DNA of 32,000 bases from Mycolicibacterium smegmatis (GTDB taxonomy: Bacteria; Actinomycetota; Actinomycetes; Mycobacteriales; Mycobacteriaceae), in contig NZ_LN831039.1 of NCBI RefSeq assembly GCF_001457595.1, forward strand, positions 5,430,001 to 5,462,000, written 5' to 3'. The number at the start of each line of letters is the position of its first letter. Positions within the stretch are counted from its first letter, which is position 1. Below the pieces are notes generated by a model. That model saw only the letters and a program-made list of their open reading frames with translations, was not told the DNA's origin and did no database searches. Positions 17,967 to 26,132 of the stretch are shown in pieces. Position numbers and translations under genes: made by a program.

Positions 17967-18515
17967 TCAGGCAGGATCACCCGGGATCACCCAGTGTCCG
18001 GGCCGCTCATCGAAGAACGGATTCACGAGTCCGTTGACCGTCGGCAGCTTCTTCAGCTGACCGGGCGGGATGCCGAAGAACGGGTTCTCGACACCGTTGA
18101 TGATCCGCTCGGTCATCAGCTGCCCCGGCGGAATCTGCGTGTCCGGCAGGCGGAAGTACCCGTTCACCTCGGGGAAGTTCACCTCAGGCAGGTTCACATC
18201 CGGGAGGTTTACGCCCGGAACATTCACGTCAGGCACGTTCACCGCCGGAACATTCACGTCGGGCACGTTCACCGCCGGAACATTCACGTCGGGCACGTTC
18301 ACCGCCGGCAGGTCCACATCCGGCACATTGACGGCCGGGACGTTCACATCCGGCACGTTCACGCCGGGCACATTCACATCCGGCACGACCGGCGCGGGCC
18401 GCGGATCCGGCGTCGCGGGGTCTGCGTGCGCAGCGCCCATTCCCAGGCCGAGCGCGCCGAGGCCCAGCGCACCGGTCATCGTGGTCGTAACCGCGAGCTT
18501 CTTGAGGTCCATCAT
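17967..18515 (-). CDS. Secreted (x)VNVP pentapeptide-repeat protein
   Basis: Signal peptide ...MGAAHA; 14 tandem units such as DVNVPAVNVP; C-terminal duplicated IPPGQL...NPFF module. Confidence 0.82.
   Translation of the reverse strand: MMDLKKLAVTTTMTGALGLGALGLGMGAAHADPATPDPRPAPVVPDVNVPGVNVPDVNVPAVNVPDVDLPAVNVPDVNVPAVNVPDVNVPAVNVPDVNVPGVNLPDVNLPEVNFPEVNGYFRLPDTQIPPGQLMTERIINGVENPFFGIPPGQLKKLPTVNGLVNPFFDERPGHWVIPGDPA
18171..18380 (-). repeat. Tandem 15/30-bp coding repeat
   Basis: GGAACATTCACGTCGGGCACGTTCACCGCC-type 30-bp units encoding DVNVPAVNVP. Confidence 0.85.
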
Positions 18516-18748
18516 TCACTCCTTCGCCTTGCTTCTCACGACGCTCACCGGCGAAACGGCCGCATCGTGTGACGTTCGGTTTAGGAAATTGCTTGATCGA
18601 CTCTTGACGATCTCGCCGCCTCTACGTCTGGACGACTACGCAATACCTTGACCCCCCGCGATGTATGTCGGATGCCGAAGGCGTTGCGTTATCAGCGTTT
18701 TGGAGATTCTCCGGTCTCGGCGCCCCAGAATCGGCGCTGACCGGGCAT

Positions 18749-18973
18749 TTACTCGGAAATTGAGGGCTGGGTCACATCGCCTGGATCCGCAGGTGATGCG
18801 TCGTCGGGTGTACTGGCGATCAACAGCCACACCAACGTCGCCAAGCCCGTGAAAATCGCCTGCACCGCGAGCAGGAACGCAATGTATTCATGCCAGGCGG
18901 GCAGCACGTCGTCGCACCCTTGGCCGTCCCACGGAATTGTAGACAATGCCGCGATCAGGCCTGCCACGATCAC
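18749..18973 (-). CDS. Possible small membrane protein
   Basis: VIVAGLIAALSTIPWDGQGCDDVLPAWHEYIAFLLAVQAIFTGLATLVWLLIAS; start uncertain. Confidence 0.35.
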   Translation of the reverse strand: MIVAGLIAALSTIPWDGQGCDDVLPAWHEYIAFLLAVQAIFTGLATLVWLLIASTPDDASPADPGDVTQPSISE

Positions 18974-19002
18974 CGTGACGGTGGCCGCCGTCGTCGCGCG
19001 TT

Positions 19003-19170
19003 GCGTACCACTCCAGCTACGAGGGCGTCTGCGTGCCGATCGCCCGTGACGTCGACTGCGCAGGTGGCAATGGCAACGGTCCTGAGTACGTGTCCGGCCC
19101 GGTGTACGTCGTCGGCCCCGACGAGTACGAACTCGATCGCGACGGCGACGGGGTGGCCTGCGAAAAGTGA
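19003..19170 (+). pseudogene. Headless Excalibur calcium-binding-domain fragment
   Basis: Open frame without a usable start: AYHSSYEGVCVPIARDVDCAGGNGNGPEYVSGPVYVVGPDEYELDRDGDGVACEK*; DxDxDGxxCE motif. Confidence 0.65.
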
Positions 19171-19197
19171 CCCGGCGGCCCTGACGGTCCCCGAGAC

Positions 19198-20556
19198 CTA
19201 CGCCGCGAAGTGCGACTTGTAGATCTTGCCATGCACACCGACGGTGCGGTCGACCACCTGTGACACCGCGAAATCGGATGCGGCAGAGAGGTAGGCGTAG
19301 GCAGTCGCGCGGTCCATGCCCTGATCGTTCTGCAGGAAATCGAGGGCGTTGACCACCGCGCGACGCATCGCCACGTCCAGGTCGGTGCCGTTGCCGTCGA
19401 CGGCGCCGTCGGGATCGGACAACCCGATCGGCACCCACACATCGTCGGTCTCGGCGAACGGATAGCGGTAGGCGACCGAGGGCGCGTCGCCGGATCCCGG
19501 CTTGCACACCGTCAACCGGTAGGTGCCGCGCAGCGATCCCTCCATCGCGGTCAGTGCCACCTCGCCGTCACCCATCGCCATGTGCGGATCGCCGACGTAG
19601 AACAGCGCACCTTCGGCGAACACCGGAAGGTAGAGCGTGGACTGCTCACCCAGGAGGCGGATGTCGATGTTGCCGCCGCCGATGGTCGGCGGGATCGAAT
19701 TGGCCGTCGCCGCAGTGAGATCGCGGTCCTGCGAGAACGCGACCCCCATGATCCCCATGAACGGCGACAGCGGGAACCGCACCCGCGCGTCGCCATAGGA
19801 CATGATGCCGTGCCCGTCCTCGACGGCGGTGAAGGTCGAGACGTTGCCGTACTGGGTGGGATTGCCGGTGGGCCTGCCGTCGGAGGCGATGGGCGGCATC
19901 ACCTCGTCGAGGCTGATGCCGTCGGGGGCCGTACCGTCGGCCTTGAGCGCCAGCGCGCCCTTGCCGTGGCGGCTGGACACCACACCGTAGGGCACACGCG
20001 GGATCGCCTGCAGAGTCTCGATTTTCAGCACGTCACCGGGTTCGGCGCCTTCGACGAACACGGGCCCGGTCACCACGTGCGGCCCGTCCTTGTCGAAGTT
20101 GCGCGGCGTGCGGTTGTAGTCGGCGGCGACCGCGATGGCGTCCTGCAGCACGTCGGATTCGTCCACGCCCTTGCCGCCGAAGTACTCGACGGGGTTGCGC
20201 CCTTGGTCTTCCAGGATGCCCTCGTGCGAGACGGTGTCGATGGTGATGGTCTCTTCCGAGCGCATCCGCATCACCGGTGTCGCATGCACGTTGGGGACGT
20301 ATCCCCACAGCACCTGGTCGGGGTTGGACTGCAGGTAGTGGTCGCCGCTGATGTCGCCTTGGTCGGGTTGCAGCACCTCGAAGTTCCCGGTGGCCGCGCC
20401 GGTCGCCTTGGGTGTCTCCGAGGCGGTCGCGCAGGACGCGGCCGTGGCGGTGAGGCCGACGCCTGCTCCCATCGCGGCGACGGCGCGGACGAAATCGCGC
20501 CGCCCGATTCCCTTGATGATGGTTTCGGCAGCGGCCTCTGCGAACGACGCGTCCAT
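19198..20556 (-). CDS. Tat-exported acetamidase/formamidase-family protein
   Basis: IGRRDFVRAVAAMGAGVGLTATAASC leader; GPVFVEGAEPGDVLKIE, SPFMGIMGVA, HMAMGDGEVALTAMEG amidase signatures. Confidence 0.88.
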   Translation of the reverse strand: MDASFAEAAAETIIKGIGRRDFVRAVAAMGAGVGLTATAASCATASETPKATGAATGNFEVLQPDQGDISGDHYLQSNPDQVLWGYVPNVHATPVMRMRSEETITIDTVSHEGILEDQGRNPVEYFGGKGVDESDVLQDAIAVAADYNRTPRNFDKDGPHVVTGPVFVEGAEPGDVLKIETLQAIPRVPYGVVSSRHGKGALALKADGTAPDGISLDEVMPPIASDGRPTGNPTQYGNVSTFTAVEDGHGIMSYGDARVRFPLSPFMGIMGVAFSQDRDLTAATANSIPPTIGGGNIDIRLLGEQSTLYLPVFAEGALFYVGDPHMAMGDGEVALTAMEGSLRGTYRLTVCKPGSGDAPSVAYRYPFAETDDVWVPIGLSDPDGAVDGNGTDLDVAMRRAVVNALDFLQNDQGMDRATAYAYLSAASDFAVSQVVDRTVGVHGKIYKSHFAA

Positions 20557-20669
20557 TCAGTTGTCCTCCCCGTTGTCGACGGGCCCGAAGCTACCCACGC
20601 CATGTTGCGACGACGTTGCGGTTGCGTTCGAACCCGTTGACATCAGCCAGAATTGACGCACGCGTCGGA

Positions 20670-21119
20670 CTACCAGCGGTAGTCGAGGAACTTCCCGTCG
20701 AAGGTCACCACCACCCGGTCCCCGTCTGGATCGGGACGACGCTGGATGTCCACCTTGAAGTTGATGGCGCTCATGATGCCGTCACCGAACTCTTCGTGGA
20801 TGAGTTCCTTGAGCGCAGGCCCGTACACGTTGAGCGCCTCGTGGAACCGGTAGATCGTGGGATCCGACTGCAGCGCGGGGTCGATACCGCGGGCCGGCTG
20901 CAGTTGCAGGCTCTCGGCGACGGACGCGTCGAGGTCCAGCAGGGCACACACCTTCTCGGCCTGTTCGGCCGACAGCGGATGCTGGCCGAGCAGCGCCGCC
21001 ACGCACCACACCAGGGGTGCGTCGAGATGCTTGGCGATGTCGGCCCAACTGAGCCCGTTGCGGATTCGGGCCGCCACCACCAGGCCTGCGGCGTCGGCCT
21101 TCGACATGATCGGAGTCAT
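20670..21119 (-). CDS. cynS: Cyanate hydratase (cyanase)
   Basis: YRFHEALNVYGPALKELIHEEFGDGIMSAINFKVDIQRRPDPDGDRVVVTFDGKFLDYRW. Confidence 0.95.
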   Translation of the reverse strand: MTPIMSKADAAGLVVAARIRNGLSWADIAKHLDAPLVWCVAALLGQHPLSAEQAEKVCALLDLDASVAESLQLQPARGIDPALQSDPTIYRFHEALNVYGPALKELIHEEFGDGIMSAINFKVDIQRRPDPDGDRVVVTFDGKFLDYRW

Positions 21120-21910
21120 GCGCTGATCTTCCTCGCTTCTGCGCTGTGGGGCTCGGCAACCGCGGGAATCGAGAACCGCGGTGCTGCGGTGCGGGCGTGG
21201 GTCGCGAACAGCGTGAGTCCGACGAACGTCAGGCCGCCGACCAGATTGCCCACTGCGGTGGGGATCTCGTTCCAGATGAAGTAGTCGGCGATCGAGAAGT
21301 CACCGCCCAGCATGAGGCCGGACGGGAACAGGAACATGTTGACCACCGAGTGCTCGAAGCCCATGTAGAAGAACAGCATGACCGGCATCCACATGCCGAT
21401 GACCTTGCCCGACACGCTGGTGGACATCATGGCGGCGACGACGCCGGTGGACACCATCCAGTTGCACAGCACGCCGCGGATGAACAGCGTGAGCATGCCC
21501 GCGGCGCCGTGTTCGGCGTAGCCGACAGTGCGGCTGTGCCCGATCTCGCCGATGCGCTGGCCGACTTCGTTGGGGTCGACGCTGAAGCCGTAGGTGAAGA
21601 CGATCGCCATCATGAATGCGACCGTGAGCGCGCCGGCGAAGTTCCCCACGAACACCCAACCCCAGTTGCGCAGCACCGTGCGCACGGTGACGCCGCGGCG
21701 TTTGTCCAGCAGTGCGAGCGGGACGAGCGTGAAGACGCCGGTGAGCAGGTCGAAACCCAACAGGTACAGCAGGCAGAAACCGACTGGGAACAGGATCGCG
21801 CCCACCAGCGCATTGCCGGTCTGCACGGTGATCGTGACGGCGAACGCCGCGGCGATGGCCAGGATGGCGCCGGCCATGTAGGCCCGGATCAGGGTGTCGC
21901 GCGTGGACAT
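21116..21910 (-). CDS. Formate/nitrite transporter (FNT) family channel; N-terminal codons frameshifted
   Basis: TRDTLIRAYMAGAILAIAAAFAVTITVQTGN...LCNWMVSTGV...GFEHSVVNMF; ATGA overlap with cynS; true N-terminus appears out of frame up to 21975. Confidence 0.88.
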   Translation of the reverse strand: MSTRDTLIRAYMAGAILAIAAAFAVTITVQTGNALVGAILFPVGFCLLYLLGFDLLTGVFTLVPLALLDKRRGVTVRTVLRNWGWVFVGNFAGALTVAFMMAIVFTYGFSVDPNEVGQRIGEIGHSRTVGYAEHGAAGMLTLFIRGVLCNWMVSTGVVAAMMSTSVSGKVIGMWMPVMLFFYMGFEHSVVNMFLFPSGLMLGGDFSIADYFIWNEIPTAVGNLVGGLTFVGLTLFATHARTAAPRFSIPAVAEPHSAEARKISA

Positions 21911-22181
21911 ATGGCCTTGGCCTCGCCCGCGTCGATCATCTTGCCGACGAAGTCGCTGGGACTCACATAGGACATTGGGTGCAACCTTCCGATGGACCCG
22001 ATGGACAGTTCCCTAGACCGTGTCGCGCCCAGATTGCGGTTCGGCGACTTCACCTATGCGTGGGTGTTGCCATCTGCGCACATCAGCTCAGCGTCGGCTG
22101 TGAGATGCCTGGGCGTGCGAAACCTGCCGTGCCTCGGCGCGCCAGGGCGACAGCTGACCAAAGTCGCGAGATGATGCAGAT

Positions 22182-22952
22182 GTGACTGATGTTGCGAATG
22201 TGACTGCTGACGACGCCGCGCTCGAAGCCAAGTCGGAGGATGCGTCGACACCGGTCGAATCCGCTGCCACACCCGTGGAGGAAGGTACGACGGCACCGGT
22301 CGCGGCGCCGAGTGGCCGCCGGACGTGGTCGATGCCCAAGTCCCCGATCTCCCGCGAGCAGGCCGACCAGGCCGGCCGCGCGGCGCTGGCGGCCGGGTCG
22401 GCGGTCGGTCGGTTCCTTGCCGAGGTGGCACGCTACGTCGCGCGCGCCGTCGCGCAGTGCGGGCGCGCGGTCGAGGCTGTGCCGGTGGCGCTGCGACTTT
22501 TCGTCTTCGCGGCCGTCGTCATGCTGCTCGGCATCGTCGGTGCGATCGCGTCGAACGACGCGCTCGGTCTGCTCTGCACCGTCGTGGTGATCCCCGTGTG
22601 CGCGGCCACGCTGGGCGTACTCGGGCAGCGGTGGTACAGCGGACTGGGCGATCAGCCGGCGCGGCAATCGTCCGAAGAGATCGCCGCGCAACCGGATCTC
22701 CAGCGCTCGGTGGAGTACGTGGACAAGAAACTCGCCGTCGCTCTGACCGCCATGGGGACCGAGCGGCATCAGCAGGCCGTGATCTCACTCTTCCAGGCCA
22801 AGACGGCGCTGGAGCTCACCCTGGGAACCGAGCAGGACTCCGCGACCTTCTTGGAGATGCCGATGCCGGCCGACGACCATCCCCTGCGCCCCCGCATCCG
22901 CGTCGGATCGAAATCGCAGTTGCGGGAGAGCAATTCCCTGGCGGCCTCGTGA
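22182..22952 (+). CDS. Conserved membrane protein (Ala-rich N-terminus, two TM)
   Basis: RLFVFAAVVMLLGIVGAIASNDALGLLCTVVVIPVCAATLGVLG. Confidence 0.7.
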   Translation: MTDVANVTADDAALEAKSEDASTPVESAATPVEEGTTAPVAAPSGRRTWSMPKSPISREQADQAGRAALAAGSAVGRFLAEVARYVARAVAQCGRAVEAVPVALRLFVFAAVVMLLGIVGAIASNDALGLLCTVVVIPVCAATLGVLGQRWYSGLGDQPARQSSEEIAAQPDLQRSVEYVDKKLAVALTAMGTERHQQAVISLFQAKTALELTLGTEQDSATFLEMPMPADDHPLRPRIRVGSKSQLRESNSLAAS

Positions 22953-23323
22953 GCGCGCAGTTGATCACCGGTCAGGTTGCGTTCATCGAGGACGACTACA
23001 CGCTGGTGCTCAACCGCGGTTCCGAGGCCGGCGTGACGCCCGGCATGGTGTTCGCCGTGCACACCGATGCCGACGAGGTGATCACCGATCCGGAGTCCGG
23101 ACGGGAGCTGGGCCGGCTCAGCCGGGAGATCCTGCAGGTGCGGGTGTTCGAGGTGCATCCGTTGTTCGCACGTGCGCACACCTTCGTGCAGACCGACGAC
23201 TTCTACGGCCTGCTCGGCATCCCGTTCGTGGACCAGCCGGAGGAGCATGTCGTCACGGTCGACGTGGGCGACAAGGTGGTGCTGGTGCCCGCCGAGCAAC
23301 ACGGCCTCCGTCGGTTCGGCTGA
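22949..23323 (+). CDS. Conserved hypothetical protein, translationally coupled to upstream gene
   Basis: GTGA overlap at 22949; VSAQLITGQVAFIEDDYTLVLNRGSEAGVTPGMVFAVHTDADEVITDPESGRELG. Confidence 0.65.
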   Translation: MSAQLITGQVAFIEDDYTLVLNRGSEAGVTPGMVFAVHTDADEVITDPESGRELGRLSREILQVRVFEVHPLFARAHTFVQTDDFYGLLGIPFVDQPEEHVVTVDVGDKVVLVPAEQHGLRRFG

Positions 23324-23360
23324 GCACGACGCGACTGCGCCCGGCGCCGTGATCGCCCAG

Positions 23361-23410
23361 ATTGCAGCCAGGGACAGAAAATTGGCGAAATCTGTCCCTC
23401 AGTGCAATCT
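23361..23410. repeat. Imperfect 19-bp inverted repeat at convergent junction
   Basis: GATTGCAGCCAGGGACAGA / TCTGTCCCTCAGTGCAATC, 16 of 19 paired, 12-nt loop. Confidence 0.8.
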
Positions 23411-23472
23411 CAGCGTCCCTTCTTGGTTCTTCGCCGATCAGACACGGGCGGTGCGGTGCGCCCGGCGGTCGC

Positions 23473-24420
23473 CTAAAGCCGGAACAACTGCCGCGCGTTC
23501 ACATGCGCGATCTTCTCCCGGTCGGCCGGGCTGATCGGCGCCTGCGCCAGGAACTCGGCGTGGGTCACCGCGTCACCATAGGGGTAGTCGGCGGCAAACA
23601 TGATGCGGTCGGCGCCGAACACCTGCAGCGCGCACAACAGCGGTGGCGCCGTGGTGTATCCGCTGATGGTGATGTGCACGTGCGCCCGCACCGTTTCCGC
23701 GACCGACGGCCCGCCGGGGTAGTACCCCGACAGCACCGCATCGGCGCGCATCAGCGAGAACGGCAGGTTCTCGCCCATGTGCCCGACGACGAACTGCAGC
23801 GCGGGGTGCCGGTCGAACACCCCCGATGCCGCCAGCCGCAACACGTGCAGACCGGTCTCCGCATGCCATCCCCACGCTGCGGTCGCCAGCGCCGACCCGA
23901 TCTCCGGGGTGAGGCCGCCGAAGTACACCTCGGCGACCTGCGCGGGCGGATAGGTGGGGTGCAGGTACACCGGTACGTCGAGTTCCTCGATGGCACTGAG
24001 CAACTCGTCGAACTCGGGTGCGTCGAGGAATGTGCCCTGGGTGTGCCCGTTGATCACGACACCGCACATGCCGAGTTCGGTGATCGCCCGCTTGGCCTCG
24101 ACGACTGCGGCGGTGGGGATCTGGGTGGGCAGTGAGGCCAGCGCGTTGAACCGGTCCGGATGCGCCGCAACGATTTCGGCGCATCGGTCGTTCAGCGTCC
24201 GGCTGAGGTCGCCGGCGTACTCGGGGTCGACCTGCTGAGTGCCCGGCGCGGTGACCGACAGGACCTGGAGGTCGATGCCCGCGTCGTCCATGACGCGCAG
24301 TCGCTGTTCGCCGACCTCGGTGAGTTTCGGGAGGACGCCGCGCGGATCGGACGGCAACGGCCACAACTGGTCGACGAGATCGGCGGGGATGAGGTGTTCT
24401 TCGAGGGCAATCAACGTCAT
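23473..24420 (-). CDS. Amidohydrolase-2 family (ACMSD/2,3-dihydroxybenzoate decarboxylase-like)
   Basis: MTLIALEEHLIPADLV...; FVVGHMGENLPFSLMRAD; IMFAADYPYG. Confidence 0.9.
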   Translation of the reverse strand: MTLIALEEHLIPADLVDQLWPLPSDPRGVLPKLTEVGEQRLRVMDDAGIDLQVLSVTAPGTQQVDPEYAGDLSRTLNDRCAEIVAAHPDRFNALASLPTQIPTAAVVEAKRAITELGMCGVVINGHTQGTFLDAPEFDELLSAIEELDVPVYLHPTYPPAQVAEVYFGGLTPEIGSALATAAWGWHAETGLHVLRLAASGVFDRHPALQFVVGHMGENLPFSLMRADAVLSGYYPGGPSVAETVRAHVHITISGYTTAPPLLCALQVFGADRIMFAADYPYGDAVTHAEFLAQAPISPADREKIAHVNARQLFRL

Positions 24421-24550
24421 GGCCATCTCTTTTCCCGTCACTCAACGGCTCTGGGCCCAGGGTCGTCCTGGAGCCTGGATGCGAGGTGTGGCACGGCTGG
24501 GTGACGGCTGCCGACGCCAGATGCCGCGTGTCCGCACGCGGCTGAGCGGA

Positions 24551-24868
24551 TCAGAATTCGACCGGGCCTGATCGGCGTCTCTCCGCCGCCGACGGGTCCA
24601 CCGAGGCCTCGATCTTCAAAATTCGGCCGTCGCGGATGGTGAGAACCAGCACGGCGAACAGCCGCCGCTCGGCGAACGCGAGCAACACCGGCTGCCCCGC
24701 GGGTCCACTGACCAGCGTGGCGCCGCGCCCGAGGTAGCGCAGCAGGTTGACCGCGACGTCGTCGGCGCCGCGGTTGATCTGCCGCGGGAGGTCCGCACCG
24801 AGGATCGTGCCGGCGCCCCACACGGCGGGATCCAGCACTGCGGTCAGCGCCTGCAGATCAGCCGTCGC
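24551..24868 (-). pseudogene. C-terminal fragment of an ECF41/SigJ-type sigma factor (SnoaL-like domain)
   Basis: ADLQALTAVLDPAVWGAG...QINRGADDVAVNLLRYLGRGATLVSG...VLLAFAERRLFAVLVLTIRDGRILKIEASVDPS; sigma2/sigma4 regions absent. Confidence 0.65.
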
Positions 24869-24874
24869 GCTTCC

Positions 24875-25401
24875 GCGGCGACCGCAACCGTGAGGTCGAA
24901 CAACTCGCGATGGAGTCCGCACTGCAATGGGTCAGCCTGCGTCCCAGCGCCTTCGTCTCGAACTTCCTCGGGATGTGGGCACCGCAGCTTCAGGCCGCCG
25001 ACGTGGTCGCCGGGCCCTACGCAACGGCATCGATGGCGCCCATTGCCGAGCACGACATCGCCGCCGTGGCCGCGCACGCGTTGCTCACCGATGATCTTGT
25101 CGGACAGAAGGTTCCGCTCACCGGCCCGCAGGCACTCACCAATGCCGACCTCGTCGACATCATCGGCGGTGTCCTCGGCCGCCCGCTGCGGTATCAAGAG
25201 ATACCCGCCGTTGCCGTGCGACAACGCTTCATCGCGCTGGGATTCCCGGCGGCATTCGCCGACGCCTACATCCAACTGCTGGCCGCCACCGTCGACAAAC
25301 CGGCGCTGGTGACACATGACGTCGAAAAGATCCTCGGCCGCCCGGCGACGACCTTCGCCGAAGCCGTGTCGACACACCGTGACCTGTTCGCGAAGCACTG
25401 A
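24875..25401 (+). pseudogene. C-terminal fragment of an NmrA/NAD-dependent epimerase-family protein
   Basis: REVEQLAMESALQWVSLRPSAFVSNFLGMWAP...; N-terminal Rossmann GxxGxxG part missing. Confidence 0.65.
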
Positions 25402-25413
25402 AGGAGACGAGCC

Positions 25414-25855
25414 ATGTCCGAACTTCGTCCACCGGGTTACCTCAAGACACTCAACCGCGTGGTACGCGCCGTGCAGGCGCTCGGGATTCCGGCAGGCCCC
25501 TCGCAAGTCCTCACAGTGCCCGGCCGCAGAACAGGTAAGCCACGGAGCGCCGATGACACCGTTTCGCCACGAGGGTGCCCTGTACACCGTGGCCGGATAT
25601 CCCGGTGCCGACTGGGCAGCAAATGCGAGAGCCGCCGGCGCAGGCACCCTCACCCGCGGACGCAGGTCACGGCAAGTGAAGATCGTCGAGCTCAACCCGC
25701 ACGAGGCGGCGCCGGTGCTGCGCAGCTTCGCGGTGAAAGTGCCCGTCGGCGTGGGGTTTGCCAAACGCGCCGGCCTGGTGCGCGACGGTACACCCGACGA
25801 ATTCGCAGCGCTGGCAGGTCGACTCGCGGTGTTCCGGTTCGAACCGGCAGAGTGA
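25414..25855 (+). pseudogene. Deazaflavin-dependent nitroreductase-like (DUF385) gene with internal frameshift
   Basis: Frame A MSELRPPGYLKTLNRVVRAVQALGIPAGPSQVLTVPGRRTGKPRS; continues in frame B as PMTPFRHEGALYTVAGYPGADWAANARAAGAGTLTRGRRSRQVKIVEL.... Confidence 0.8.
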
Positions 25856-26132
25856 GTCCGGTTTTGATTCGCCTCTATCGAAAGGGCGCACACCGCAAGG
25901 ATTTCCAACACCTGCGAAGAGCACATGCCTGATCATCTGCGCACGGTCGACCGCAGCCGTCACGGAGCGGTCACGAAGCCTGCCGACCTTTGACTTTCAC
26001 ACCGTAACCCCCATAACGTGTTTCAGACAACAAGGACCACGGTTTGGGTCGCCGTGCTTGGTGTGAGCCCTCTTCGGCCGTCGGGCGCGGTATGACCGTG
26101 GTTTGCTGCGCTACGAAACGAACGAGGTCACG

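Noticed and set aside
18171-18380. Possible CRISPR array because of regular 30-bp spacing
   Set aside because: Units are contiguous, in frame and encode xVNVP; no unique spacers and no cas genes.
19582-20640. 352-aa plus-strand ORF
   Set aside because: Antisense to the Tat amidase; composition artefact.
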